Shown here piece after piece: positions 1-14,400 of a stretch of 64,000 bases of DNA. The notes under the pieces are model-generated. The model made no database searches. It was given only the letters and a program-made list of their open reading frames with translations, and was not told where the DNA came from. The DNA comes from Paragordius varius. Its lineage: Eukaryota; Animalia; Nematomorpha. A program made the translations under genes and the position numbers. Numbering within the stretch: position 1 is the stretch's first letter; every line of letters starts with the position of its first letter. Location: assembly GCA_964247055.1 (NCBI GenBank), contig OZ176051.1, positions 10,478,001 to 10,542,000 of the forward strand, in the 5' to 3' direction.

Positions 1-59
1 TATCTATCATACTATCATGAAAATAAATAAAACATAACATCAATACTCTTTATAAAGGG

Positions 60-1345
60 GTTTAAAATGACTTCTCTTCACTTGTTTCTTCCCCATCCTA
101 TTTCCTTCAATTCACTTCATCGGTCTTCCTTTTTTCCTTTTCTCTGTAACTTTCCCAAATATCAAATCTTTCTCAAGAGATTTACTTCTTAAAATGTGCC
201 CTATGGCAAATTTTCCTATTATTATAGCTCCCATTAAGTGACTCTTAATATTTAATTTTTCTCTAATTGTTTCATTCTTAACCTTGTCGGACCACCTTAT
301 ATTAAACATTTTCCTCTAACACCACATTTCAAATAGCAATTCTTTTTATTTATGTTTAATGGCTATGCATTTCATTACTCTCACTTTAGTTATCATAGAG
401 ATATCTTTACTTTCCCATAATTTGGCCAACTTTTTCGCAGCTTAGTTCTCTAATGCTATGCGGCTTTTATTATATGGCGTGTAAAAGCCGTTGATATCTA
501 CAGAGAGCTTAATAATAGGATTTCATTTACTACTTCTACTGTGGTGTCATCTATGACTATATTAGGTTTATTATTTGATGATCTTTTACTTTCTTCTCTT
601 ACTAACCTTATCATATTATTGAACCTCCTACATTATCTGAGATCATCGTCGTGTCATCTCTGAATCTTCCAGTCTTCCAAGTTCTTCCTTTTCTGTTTGT
701 GGAGTCTGGAATTCAATTTTTTAACCATATTTAATTCCCCTCTATTCCTAGCTCTTTTTCTTTCTTCAATTATTTTTATACATGTTTTAATTATTCCACT
801 GGGTTTCTGAGTGATATTATCTGTCTTATTAATAATTAAAATTTATTGGTCACTTCTATCTTATATCTTAAAGGGATTCGTTCTACGTTGTATTTGCATT
901 CTTTACCCTTCTTCCCGGATTTTATCATGCGCGTTTTAATTGTTGTTATTAATGCTTGGTCGCTTGAGCAGTTACAACATTTCTCGGTATTAGAATTTAT
1001 GAAAAACTTTTTTCATTTTTGTTGTCCTATAAAATAATTTATTTTGTTTTTCCCACAAGGGGGGTTCAGGTGATACCCGTCTTTTATGTTGTTTATACCC
1101 ATGTATTCACAACAAACATTTGATTAATCATACTGAGTCAATCGTTAACCAGCTTCGTTTCTTAAGGCTAATCCGTGTTTTCTTACAATCATGTCGTACT
1201 ATTGATTTCCAGCCTTACTATTCCAATCATCACCTATTATAATCATATTCGTTTTCGGTAAGGAGTTTATTAAGTCTTGAAGCTGTTCATAAAATGCATC
1301 TATTTTTTTCTTGTTCGGAGTCCGTGGAATACACAATGATTCTCA
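60..1345 (-). mobile_element. Degenerate, internally deleted RTE-clade non-LTR retrotransposon (LINE)
   Basis: Minus-strand translation across stops/frameshifts gives APE endonuclease motifs (IDAFYEQLQDLINSLPKTNMIIIGDDWNSKAG; ..CSSDQALI), the RT 'DDTT' near 647-658, and the RTE C-terminus (ORF 112..309: GHILR..GKVTEKRKKGRP). The N-half of RT is missing. Confidence 0.8.
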
Positions 1346-2059
1346 TGATCCTAGAATTATATTTATAAACGTATTGATTGGGGATAAATTTTTTATAATT
1401 ATTTTAGCTAATTTATTATCAAGATTCTTATTGGGAAATTTGTAGGGTTTAGGAAAAACACAGATCTTCATCAAATTCTACAATTTAATTAACCCAGGCC
1501 ATGAAAGTTTTAGGGAAAATGGAACCAAACCGGAATGGTTCTGAAAAACCCAAATAATATAGGAACCGGCTTTCGAAATTCCTGATTATATTTACTAATC
1601 AAATAATATTTTGGTTATGATTTAAAAACAAACATTTTTTAGTATTTTTTTTGATAAAACTAGAATTCTTTAATATACCTATTTTTATTAAATAAATATA
1701 CATTTTAAAGTCTCGTATTTCCTCTCAAGATATTGTCCATCACATTTAAAAAATATGTTAAATCGAATTCCTTATTGGAGCAAAACCAAAAGCAAATACA
1801 TTTAATTTATGATTATATATTACTATTCTTTAATAGATAATGAGTGTAAAAATATTTCAACGTGATTAAATCCTCTCTCATATGAATATATATGGAGTCA
1901 AAAGCCATCAATTAACTCCTTATATATGGGTATGGCCTACATGACCAAATGATATTTAAGCTAGAGTACCCGTACATAATCGCATTTATCAAATTCATAT
2001 ATATATTACAAAATAATTTTGTATGAGTTACTTTACCCGAAATTATAATTTTTATATCA

Positions 2060-4824
2060 ATAGCGTACCGCAGGAAGTCCTTCGGACTTCTTATAGAGGG
2101 CAGATTTTTTGCCTTTCTAGTGGTATGATCTCATAATTTTGGCGATAAATAGCCTCTATTGTTGAGCGGGTTTAAGGGTTTAAAGGCCTCAAGCACACCA
2201 AATTAAAACAATGTTAACAAAAATATTTATTCAACCATGATCTTAGTATAAAAAACATAAGCAATTGGTAAAACGTGCAAAAAAAGCTTTATTTTTGACA
2301 TCGGATGTATAAATATTTAAAAAAAACATGTATAATTATATCCTTAAGAAGTAAAGAGGTTTGACTAACACACATTTGTAAAATTTCTATATATATATAA
2401 TGCATAACCTGTGATGCAGTTGATCGCTGTAATGAGTGTAATTTGTCCATATGGAGTAAAATATGGCTTACTCACAAATGGATTGGAGCCTGCCGCTATT
2501 TGAAAAAAAGCTTAACAAAATTGTGATTTATATATGTGGATTATTTCGAACCATTATTTTATAGTTATGATCTCATCGGATTTTAAAAACAGTGCCTCAT
2601 AGATTTTCATAACGGTGCATTCATACTAATATATTGTTTACTAATGTGATGGCCCCAAATTGTCGGCTAACATAAAAAACCGTTATACCATAATTCTTTT
2701 TATAGGTATTAATTAAAGTTTTTATTGAACTCGTATGGCTTCTTATGTTTTTTCAAAATTAGCTCCAAAACCAGGGCCATTTTATATGGCAGATTTAAAC
2801 CGGTAGACCCCAACCCATAGACTTATATGGATAAAGCACTGAGTCAAATTCTTTGCCTTTACAGAGCAAATATTTCGAATCATCTTTCATACCATCTCTC
2901 ATGGGTTATTCAAAAAAAACCCAACACTATAAAATTGTTATATGATGGCGTATTTTTAGGGCATAAAGGCCCCAAATTAACGGCTAATAAAAAATCCCTA
3001 GAACTAAAATTACCTGGTTTACGGGTAATTAAGCCTTTAATGAGCTCATATAGTTTTATAATTTTCTCTAAATTAGCTCCAAAACAACGCAATTTTTATA
3101 TAAAGGTGCAGTTTTTGGCGGGTAGCTCCTTACCCAGGGGCAGGCATAAAAAAGCGCTGGACAAATTTTTTCCTTTATATGGGGAATATCTGGAATTATC
3201 ATGGATTCTATATGTTCCTATAAGTTTTTTGAAATATTGCTTCAAAACTAAAAATTGTTATATGGCAGCGCATTTTTAAGGGCGTAAAACTTTATTTAGC
3301 CACTCATTAAATTAACTCCCTATACCGAATTATTTATTTTTTAAGGGGTATTAAATTTTTAAGCCCTTATTGAACTTGCATCTCATAGGTTTTCCAAAAT
3401 TTGGCTCCAAAGGCATGCTCTATTGATATGAAGAATTTTTACGCGAGTTGCCATCTAACCAGGGGCGAAACAAAAAAACGTTCGATTAAAATTTTGCCTT
3501 AATTCGGATAATACCTTAAACCGTGATTGATTCCATATGCTCTAGTTGGATTTTCTAAAAAATGCTTCACATTCTATGGTGGCGCATTCTTCAGGGCAAG
3601 GGCCTAATCAAGGGGTAATTTAATAAAACCGCTCTGCATAAATTTTTCCTTTTTACCGGTAATATTTCAAGCCCTTATTGAACTCATATTATTTGCCTTC
3701 AAAGTCACGTTGTATCGATATGGTGGCACAGTTGTAGGCGCGTAGACCACTACCCAGAGGCCAATATAAAAAAGACGTTCGATAAAAATTTTGGCCTTTA
3801 TGGGTGAATACCTGAAATCATCATTTATTCCATATGTTCTTATAGGTTTTTGGAAGAATGGCTTCAAAACTAAATAATAGTTCAATGATAGTGCATTTTC
3901 TAGAGCGTAAAGGGTTTAATTAACGGCTTAAAAAAACTACTCGACTTAAATTTTCGCCTTTTTATTTCAGGCCCTTATTAAACTTATATGGCCTGATAAG
4001 TTATCTGAAAATTAACTCCTAAACAACGCAATTTTGATATGGTGGTGCAGTTTTAGGCGGGTAGCGGCCTACCCAGAGGCTGATACAAAAAAGCGCTTGA
4101 TTAGGCTTTTTGCCTTTTTACGGAGAATACCTGTAATTATGTTAATTCCATATGCTCTCATTAGTTTTTGGAAAGATTGGCTCGAAATTGAAAAATCCTT
4201 CTATGGTGGCGCATTTTTCAGGTCGTGAAGGGTCTAATTGACGGCTAATTTTAAAAAACCTCACAACCTAAATTTTTGACTTTTTACGGGTAATATTTTA
4301 AGAACCTATTAACTCATATGGCCTGATAGTTTTTTTGAAATTTAGCCCCAAAGGAACGCTATTTTGATGTGACGGGGCAGTTTTTAGCGGGTATCTATTT
4401 ACCCAGCAGCCAATATAAAACGCACGACCAAAATTATTGTCTTTTAACAGGAATACCTGGAATACTCATTGAATTTTTACGGTCTCATACCTTGGGCGAT
4501 AAATAGATTCAAAAAATTATTTTTGTGAGCCGACTATGTTTGGCGCAATCGAAAAAAGCAAAAAAAATCATATTTGAAATCGAATGGTCCAACACGTTTT
4601 CCAGAAAATTGTATCAAAAACACGATTTTTGTGGACTGTTCAAAAAAAACCGTTTTTTACATGGGGTGGGCCCGACCTAGGGGCCTAATTTAAAAAAAGG
4701 GCGAAGCTATTGTCGGGGCATTCATTAATGATTATATCTATCCGGCATTTTATTTGAATGGGTCTCTTTGTTTTCCGGAAACAGATCACAAGGCCAGCAT
4801 TTTCCATTTTTATAGATATATAGA
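2060..4824 (-). mobile_element. Non-autonomous Helitron, copy 1
   Basis: On the minus strand the 5' end is A|TCTATATATCTATAAAAATGG at 4824. The 3' end has hairpin GAAGTCC-GAA-GGACTTC followed by CTGCGGTACG-CTAT|T at 2060 (CTAG mutated). No TSD. Both termini match the copy at 49358-50859. Confidence 0.8.
2730..4450. repeat. ~315-bp tandem repeat array (about 5 diverged units) inside Helitron copy 1
   Basis: Anchor ATGG..GCATTTTT..GGGC recurs at ~2942, 3262, 3576, 3885 and 4203. ORFs 2827..3279, 2910..3092, 3667..3885 and 4034..4228 are by-products of this array. Confidence 0.85.
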
Positions 4825-5805
4825 TTTATAACGATCATTTATAATATTTTAATTAAATCCCCCCAAGACGAAGCAGCCCGAGATTTACTCTTATACTAAA
4901 ATTATTTATTTATATAAAAATGTTTTAATTAATTAATTATATATTTATTTATTTTGATGTATGCTTTAATTTTTGTTTTGATTAATTGAGTTCAAGTGGT
5001 CCAATTTAAAAATTTATTTACTTATTGGAATAATAGCTTTACTATATACTCAAACAACTTCGAAAATTAGGAGTGAATAATTCCATTGCTATAATAGGTA
5101 TTTATAGATGTAGTTATGCAAACGTAAGCCCTCCTCATAACTAGCTCATATAGCACATCACAACCTTATAGAGTAACCTTAAATTACCAAATCAATGCAA
5201 ATTTAAATAAAAAAATATTTTTAGTATATGGCCAAATCTATCTGGTTTTAGCCTTTTCGGAGCATTTTTAAAAAATGTAAAATTGTAAAAAATCTTCATG
5301 TCATACTAATTGGCCGCCTCTTTTTTAATTTTTTATTAATCGCTAACACAACCGGCATAAAAGTATATTATGGTTAGAAAATGCAAATAATTAACTTTTC
5401 AGGCTGTTTTTACCGGCAAATACTTTATATGTATTGATCGAAATCCCTGTCTATGGTTCTTTAAAGCTGTCCCAATTTTTAATTCTAAAAATTAATGTTA
5501 AAATCTAAGTGGTTTGATATTATACAGGAGAAGAAGTTTTTTTTATTTTAAAGAGCTTTTTAAGTTTGTTTAATACTTTAATCTTTGGAGGAGAAAACAC
5601 CAAAATGTCATTAAGTACAAAAAGAAAATAAAGTTTCGGGGCGTAGATTACACTCCAAATTTTATAAGGCTAGGTCATTTTATGATTGCGCAATAAAAAA
5701 TGATAAAATATAATAAATTGTGTCAAAAAATAATACTTTTTAGTAAGCTCATAATAATGAAAATTATTTTTATATCTTGTTTAATATTTATACTAAAAAC
5801 TAACC

Positions 5806-5905
5806 GTTTTTATTGACTGGAAAAATGTTTTGATTGGGAAAATATTTTATTGACTGGAAACTCGTTTGAATTGATTGGGAAAACATTTTGATTGATTCCT
5901 AAAAT
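5806..5905. repeat. Short minisatellite (~17-bp units TTTATTGACTGGAAAA / TTTGATTGGGAAAA)
   Basis: Five to six alternating diverged units visible directly. Confidence 0.6.
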
Positions 5906-6399
5906 AGTTTTTTATACTCAGTAATGGTATATTTAGTTTAATATTAACTCTGCAACGAGTTAATCAGCGTTGTTTGAAAATTTAGATCCTTTGGCTGTAT
6001 GAAATGATTGGTAATGCTTGTGTTGAAATTTTTCAAATATTTTTCAAACATATAAATGGTGCACACAATTTTCGATTTGATTGTTGTTGTTGTTGTTTAA
6101 GGTCGATTCCGACCAACTGCAACATTGAAAATATAGCTTCTCCATTCACTGCGATTACCGGATCTGGTGTTTAGTACGGATAATGGTTTATTAACACCAA
6201 ATTTAATTTCGAAGCCTTTTTATGGTTTTTTCGGCAAAGATGAAATAATAACGGTAAAATATAAAAAATATAGTTTGATGCCGAATATTGCTACTTTTGA
6301 ATCAATTGATATTGATAGCCGGTCCTCAAATTCTTAAATAGATCATATTTATTATTATTACATATGTTTTGCTTTTTACATATCATTTATATTACATTA

Positions 6400-7152
6400 A
6401 AACAATATTGTTTAGCATTTGCCTTCTACACATATCTTCAGCAAATTGTGGGCAGACAATTACCAGTGGACTGAACTCTCATAAATGATAGATAGCTCCA
6501 AACCTAAAGCACCGTGAAAACTTTTATTCGATTTTGTCCAAATAGTTTTTACATTTGTGACCTTGTTACTAGCCACGGTAATGAAGGACGATCATTTTCA
6601 ATAAATTAAACCACGGGGGTTCAACACAAATGACTTTGCGGGCGATATTTTCAGCTCAAAAAATTGACTCGATACATCGAAAAATATATAAGAAATAGAC
6701 ATCAATTTTAATCACAGGACTGTAAAAATGATACATATACTAATTATTTTAATCTTAATTTATTCCAACGGCAAAATTTGTAAAATTGTGATTTGCCTAC
6801 ATTTTAAAAATCAAGATAATTCTTCAATGAAATATTTTAATCTACTAACCTTTATGGTTTTCGCAGATAAAAATTTATAAATAAATAATATTTTTACTGT
6901 AAAGCATAGTGTTTACGAAATCAATAATATGTGGTATATAATATATACCTAAAATAACCCTTTAAAGAACAATTGATGGCGTTTAATAAACAAAATAAAT
7001 ACATTTAAGAATACATATACATTAAATAATATTTTAAAGTAAATGATAATAATTTTATAATTTTGTCTAGATTTTTAGATCATAAATGTTGTTTTGCAAA
7101 TTTTTCAGGGCCAGTAAAATTTCTTCGGAAGGTCGCGTGTTGGACGCCCCTG
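6400..7152 (-). mobile_element. Possible hAT (Buster/Charlie-like) relic
   Basis: Minus strand begins CAGGGGCGTCCAACACGCGACC at 7152, resembling Buster/Charlie TIRs. Weak VNF..R / H..RWLS-like traces at 6560-6670. No partner TIR or TSD found. Confidence 0.3.
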
Positions 7153-8496
7153 CACCAAACCATTGGTTCTATTTTTGCATGCTATATGATATGTTTTGAT
7201 GCGTTATAATATGTATAAGATTAATAATTAAAATAACGATATAAATATCAAGCGCGTTAATAATAAATAATATTTTAAAATTTATAGCTGCGAACTTTGA
7301 TAAACTGTGGGTAAAGATATTATTGAGCCATTTTTTGCATGCGAGATTATTGGGTAATTTTAAAATTACCTCGACTGATACTTAAATGTGACTTTGTTAT
7401 TATTAAATAATCCCAATTTTGATTATTAATATTGGGTAAAAACTGGTATTTTTATATGATTTCTAGTGAACTGAATGATTCATGTTATTTTAATATGACA
7501 TAAAGGTAAATTTGCCAATATTTTTTAATTATCTAAATTGTTTAAAAAGAGTGTTTGAATGACTGGATAAAAATTGCTAAAAAATATTTATTTGCATAGA
7601 AAGGGTATATAATTTTTAATGGCAAAAATATATTTATTCCCGAATTCGGACCTAATTTTACACAATTAGAAAAAATATAATTGATGTGGTCATGTCATCT
7701 CAGTCTGAATAGATTTTTTTGTAGTTTATTATTTAATTAATTATTAGTAAAGATTTACTGTATATAGCTAGTATCTCTCCTAATATTTATAAGAAAAGGG
7801 GGATTTATTTATGATATGATCTTCATAAATATATAATAAGCTTATCCAATAGTCATTTTCCAAACATTGCATATTATATTATATATTATATAAGAAATGT
7901 TAAGGCATCTTTACTCATTAATATTGATTTTGGGAAATTTTATTCCTACCTTGATTTTGTTTCGTTTCCTATAAAATAATTCCCTAATGTAATTCATATT
8001 AATTTCAATTAGATAAGTAGAATTTGGATTTTAGAAAAATAATTTGCCGTAATTTAATTGCTGACAACATTTTTGTTAATATGAAATAAAAACTATCAAC
8101 GTGTTAATTTTACTGAAAATAATCAGTAAAGTGTCACACAAATAGAATTATTTATCATTATTTCGGAAAACAATAAAAGCGATTTTCGTTATAGATACTT
8201 ACTCTCATATGGAATAGATTAAAAACCAATATTCTTTTCCTCTTACTCTATGCTACAATTTCTGCTTATTTTGTGTAGTATTTTGATTTTCTATATGAGA
8301 CATGCATTTATTTAGTAATTACAGGTAGAACGATACACTTAACTAATGCACATATAATGCATACTCGCGATTATTGAAAATTGCCCTCAAAACCCAAAAT
8401 AAAAATTTATAATTGGTTAAAGCTTATTTTTTCAAATTTTATCATAATCCGATTCGTTCAAATAGCCAACATACTAATTGAAGGAATATTTATATA

Positions 8497-11400
8497 ATGT
8501 TAACCTTCTCAACTTCAACCCTAAGTGAAAACGATTGGAAAATTATTTGGTTATTCTCCTATGGCCTATGTATATTCCTAATCATAGTTTGTAATGCGTT
8601 GACACTCTTAACCATTTGGACACATAAAATTTTACAGAGTACGACATATTACTTCATAAGTTCCCTGGCAATTGTATACTCAATCAGAGGTAATTATAAT
8701 AACAAAATTTATATATAAAGTGTTTTTAATATATAATTTTAGTTGTTGAGAATAAAGGCAAACTCATTTTCCTTTTACTTTTGGGATTGCCAAAAACTAT
8801 TCATCTGTTAATAAATCTTAATCCCAGATTAATCATAGATTTTATGTATGCATCTTAATTTGTTTCATTAAGCTAAGTTATGGAAACTTGTACCAATGTT
8901 AACAAATTAAATGAAAAGTTTTTCATTTACCATATAATATAAATTTAAGCAGTTAAGCCTAGTCATCATATTTATTTATAGTGCAGAAGAAAAAAATTAC
9001 GTTTACGAGTTATTAAGAGTGGCTATTAAAAGATTAAGAAAGGAATTATATGGATATGTATTCATTTTGATTATTAACATATTTACCCATAGTAATTTCA
9101 TTAAATTTTTCCAAAATGGATTAATATTTTTTAAACCCTTTTCGCGCTATATAGTCCAAAATTAAAGTTGGTTTTTTCAGCTCAATTACATCCTATGCTA
9201 TTTGTTATAGTACGTGCTTGACACTTAAACCATAACATTAAATGGGGGAAACTATAACCTTATTTTCTGCTGAGTCAGAACTAATGAAACTTTGATAAAA
9301 GTTTTACCGTAACTGTCCAAAAAATCTTTTTTAAACTTGATAAATATTTTTATTTACAATTAAATGAAAAAATATCCAAGTCAAGATCACTAAAATACTG
9401 GAGCAATAATAAATTGAAAAAAATTATCAATTTATTTCAATTAATTAAGTTAATTAAAAGGAAATCGATAAATTCCCCGCTGTGATAACAGAGAGACGCA
9501 CAAAACAGAAAATAAAATTGATAATAAACTACTAATTTAATTTAAATTATCGTGAACCAATCAATATAATTTTGAGTCTCAATGATAAGTCAAAAGATTA
9601 ATAAAAAATATTAAATATAAACCAATCTATGGTTTATTAAAGAAACATTTTGATACCTTTGAATATTTAAAATAAATAAATTATAAACAATATTTTTAAT
9701 TCCTTTAAAATAATATGATTTTTAAAAGATTACATTATTAATAGGATATTAAATTTTTTTGAAAAGGGTTTTGATGCGGAAATTGACCCTTTTAAGAGAG
9801 ACTGGATGTATCTCGGATAGGCCAACATAACCTATTAAGAAAATTATTTTCTATTAATGAAATTTTTTTTAAAATGGACATAACTCCCGGATATTAAGCT
9901 TGTTGTTTCTTATCATTTATTAAGTAAATTAAATAAATAATTTGAGGAAATCAATTATGTTTTTAATGAATTAATTGTTTATTAATTATAAAAGGATAGC
10001 TTACAAAGCTTATATCAACTTAGGGCACACCGGAATTACTAAATTAATTAATGTATTTCGTTTAAATATATATTATATAGAATTAAAATAATAATCATCT
10101 GGTTTTTGTCGCAAATTATTCGGCAAATTTATAAATCATCCAGATATTATGTGTTAACACGCCGTTTGAAACTAAGTTTTTTTACAACCATATATAAATC
10201 AATTTTATGGCTAAGGTTTAGTTATGTAAATTTATAAAAAATAAATGCTTAAAAATCATATATCATTTGATGGCCAAAAAATCTCAGTATAACTATATAA
10301 TAATTAAAAATGTGGAAATAAGAAATTATTTTATTATCCAAAATCTAGAAGTCGTATGTATCTTGTGCGCACATTATGTCAAATTAAAATTATTTTAAAA
10401 TATATATTTTAAGCTTCGCTCCTTTACGTAAACTTTCAACCAAATAATTTGCTATTATGGTGTAAAAGAATTATAACCTATAGTAATTTACTATAATATT
10501 ATATTAAGTTTAACCAATAATCGGTTCAAAAAAATGAATTAAGCTTTATATAACTAAAAATTTGGGTTCGGATTATGAGTGACGTATAATTTTATATAAT
10601 ACTTCTCGATATAATTCGATGCAAAAAACTTCTATCACTTTACATTTTGGATTTAAATTTTTTTATAGTAATATTTCCAAACTATTACTTGAATATTATT
10701 AATATATTTTTCAAGAGGATATAAAAACTATAAATGGACATTTTTAACCGTAACCTCGGTTTTGAATCTAAAATTTCTGAAACCGTTTTTGTTTATTAGT
10801 AGGGTTGCAAAATAGTTTCAACAACAGCTAACTGATTATCTATTATTCCCTGTTAATTATTAATATTTAATTATAATGTTTATATATTCAATAAATTTTA
10901 AGGTAGAAGAATTTTATAAAATTTCGTAGCCAAGCATATTCTTCATATATCCTTTTTATATAATATTTAATATATATTCAAAAAGGTTTTTTTAATATAT
11001 AAACCAAAACATGATATTAACATTGTTAATATTTAATTAAAACACCAATTTTATTTGGGAATTTTCAAAGGGATCTATCCAATATTTTCAGTTCACAAAA
11101 TAATGTTAAATCCACAGCATTATATAAATATTAATTAACGAGAAAATCTGCAATAATCATCTCTATCTTTTTATGTTTGATTAATTAAAAAACTGCTAAA
11201 AATTGACTACTGAAACGACAAAGTCTATTACAAATGACGAGTATGTCTTTGGCGGTCTTTTAATTAAAATATATAGTATAGTATATAAAAGTAGTAGTTA
11301 ATTTTGGAAATGATTATCAAACTAAACAATATATTAATCATTTATAAATCGAAACTTTGATGATTAAAGGCAACCATATTTTGATATAGTCTAGCATTGA

Positions 11401-14400
11401 AAATTGTTTAAAATGCATAGCTCTTTTGAATTTTAATTAACATATGCGCTTCTATGCACTTACTTAATTAATGGTTCCTATTTTTAATAAATGTTAAGAT
11501 GCGTTTTCGGGAAAACGTTAAAATTTTTCTAGCCTATTGCTATGAATTCCGAGTTGTTTAATCCCATTGTTTGAATGCCACATTAATATTTGAATGAGTT
11601 TGCACTTTTTCCGAAAATGGTATGAGTGAAAATATATTACATCTTTTTTAATATAAATGGGGTATAGTTACAATATCGGGAATTTAGAATTTTAGCTTTA
11701 GAAAATAAATTTTTGTTTAAGCATCATCTAACAATCTAAAGTCAATTTTTTAAGCATACATATCACACTAAACCCTGGGTCTAATACTTTATAAGGTATT
11801 CGTTCGGTTTTGTACATTTTTAAACTAAATATATATATTATATATGAATGTGATTTGAATGGGCTGCAAAGTTTCGGCTCTTTCAGAAACTCCTAAACAT
11901 ATCTGGCCAATAACAAGCGCCAGATCAAAAAAACATTTAGGATCCCTGGATTTAATTAAACTATTTTTATAGATAATAATGGGGCATATGCGAATTTTCA
12001 CAAATTGTCTTAAAGCAATCATATTTATTCTTTGATCGATTTTGTATGTCGTAAAATGTTTTTCTAAATTAACATACTGAATGCAGCATTAAAAATATAT
12101 GATTTATTAGGAAAAGTATTTTTGAGCGTGTATCACATTTATTCTGGATTATTATTTATATTGTCATCAAAAATTAACAATATTTTATTGAAGAAATCCG
12201 GATAAAAAGTTTTTAAATAAAATATAAATATCAGATACTGCTTTTTTATAATTATCAGTATAATTTTTAGATAAATTTTCTTCTATTTAATTAATATTTA
12301 TACGGGGGAAAAATGATAAACATATAAATAGTTTAGGCCAAAAAATATATCAAAATTTTGTATTTTATGGATATAATGGGCAAAAATTATTTTACTAAAT
12401 AATTAAAAAAGAACAAATTCAGTCCTCACAAGAATACTGTCATTTTTTTCTCCTATTTTTCGAATAAGGAAAAAACTATTATGGATGGAGAATATTCGTT
12501 GGCGCAAAATACATATAATATTGATGATATTTTTATATTATATATATATATATATATTATCCGTTAGGTTTCATGATACCGATGTATATTGCATTAGCAT
12601 TCTACCCGCATCTCTTTAGTCCATTACATAAATGTAGCCTGATTATGTTTATTTCCCTCATAAATAGCTTAACAGGTTTTTGTGGAGCTTACACTAATAT
12701 GGGTATCGCTGTTGATAGGTATCGTTCCATAGTCCAATGTACAGTTATGCACAGTGGTTCCTCACCTGATAAACGAAAAAATCACAAAACGAATCCAATA
12801 GAAACCAGCAACTCCAATAAAAAATTTAATTTATCAAAGTTGGAATGCGTCTCAAAACTCAATAATATAAAATATGGTATAACTAATACGTGTCTCATGT
12901 TTTTGCCCATACGATCCTCGCCTGTAAAAAGTAAGAAAAAGATGACGCGTGGCGTTTGCCTTAAAATAATTTATGGTATTTGGTTATGTGCCCTATTATA
13001 TTGTCTACCCGAATTTTTATTACTGCTCACTAAGCGAATAAGAAGTGGCCAACCCATGAAACATAAGTTGGGCCAAATGCACCTTAAACAATTATACCAA
13101 CCCCTTGAAATGGATATGAACCACAAAGCTAATGCATTACGACTCCATGTACCATTAAAGAAATCCGGCGATGGATTTAAAGAATCGATGGCAAAAAAAC
13201 TTCAAACTATAATAGACAAACCACAAAACCAGTTGTTGTCACAAAATTATTCCTTCTATCATGATTTGCCACAAGTTATAGGGACATCGCTCTTTTTTCC
13301 ACAATACATACTTATCTTTTCAAATCCGCATTCCAAAGAATCTCCCGAGATAGCATTTTTAGATAAAAACGGTAGTCAAGTCAATGCAAAGACAGATAAT
13401 TTGGCATTATCTGCACTATATTCAATCAGGAATTGGTATGATGGGTCCAAAATCATGCCTTCTGATAATAAACATTTCCATAATAGGACCGTTTTAAATG
13501 TCGAAAAAATTTTCCCGAATCCTAGCACTTACATTACATATAAGTGTGATATCATAGTCAATGATAAAACAAACCCAATAAAGACAAAAGATAATATATT
13601 GATAAAGCATCATTTGTTTAAATGTGTTGACCCTATACTTTTTGACCATGAAAGATATGTCCGTATCCTGGGCAAGCTATTTAAACACAATCACTTTGTA
13701 ACAAATTACATGTGGGATAAATATCGGAGACAAACAATCGAAACAGAAAAAAGGTTTAAACGATCTCCTAAATCCAAAAATGGTAATATATATTCTAACA
13801 TTAAACGTAAATATAGTAACGCAAATCAACTCGGTCAATATGATATGGATTTGAAACAATCACATTTACCTAATAGAACAAGTATAATTAAAAAAATACG
13901 AGGGAAAATTGATCTCAATAGTATATGGCTGAAGAAAGATTATAATTATCCATTCATGCCTTTTATCTTTTGTTTTAATTATACGCGTGCTAATACTAAT
14001 AACATTATTTTTGCGATCCGCCGTCCTACTTATCCTTATCCAATGAATGGAAAATATGAAAATATTATGAAAAATATTTTTCAAGATAAAAATATTATCA
14101 ACTATAATCTATACCAACTTATTCTTCCATACCATAAACACAAGTCTAAAAGTTTCAATAATAATGATGCTGATGATGATAAAAATGAGGGAAAATGCAA
14201 GGAAACATTTTTCATGACAAATTGTTACCACTTGTCAAACCAAACATGGCAAGATAAATCTTGGTTTCAAAACAATTATAATTGTTGTAATATTACAGGA
14301 AACTACGGTTGGACAAGCCAAAAATCTACTGTTCATTTAAATCGTACAACAATGTATTATTATTATTATTATGTAAACGTTTCCTCTATAATTAATGAGA

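Noticed and set aside
2827-4228. ORFs 2827..3279, 2910..3092, 3667..3885, 4034..4228 (and 21714..21908) as genes
   Set aside because: They lie in the ~315-bp Helitron tandem array, have no domain motifs, and occur on both strands with inconsistent frames between copies.
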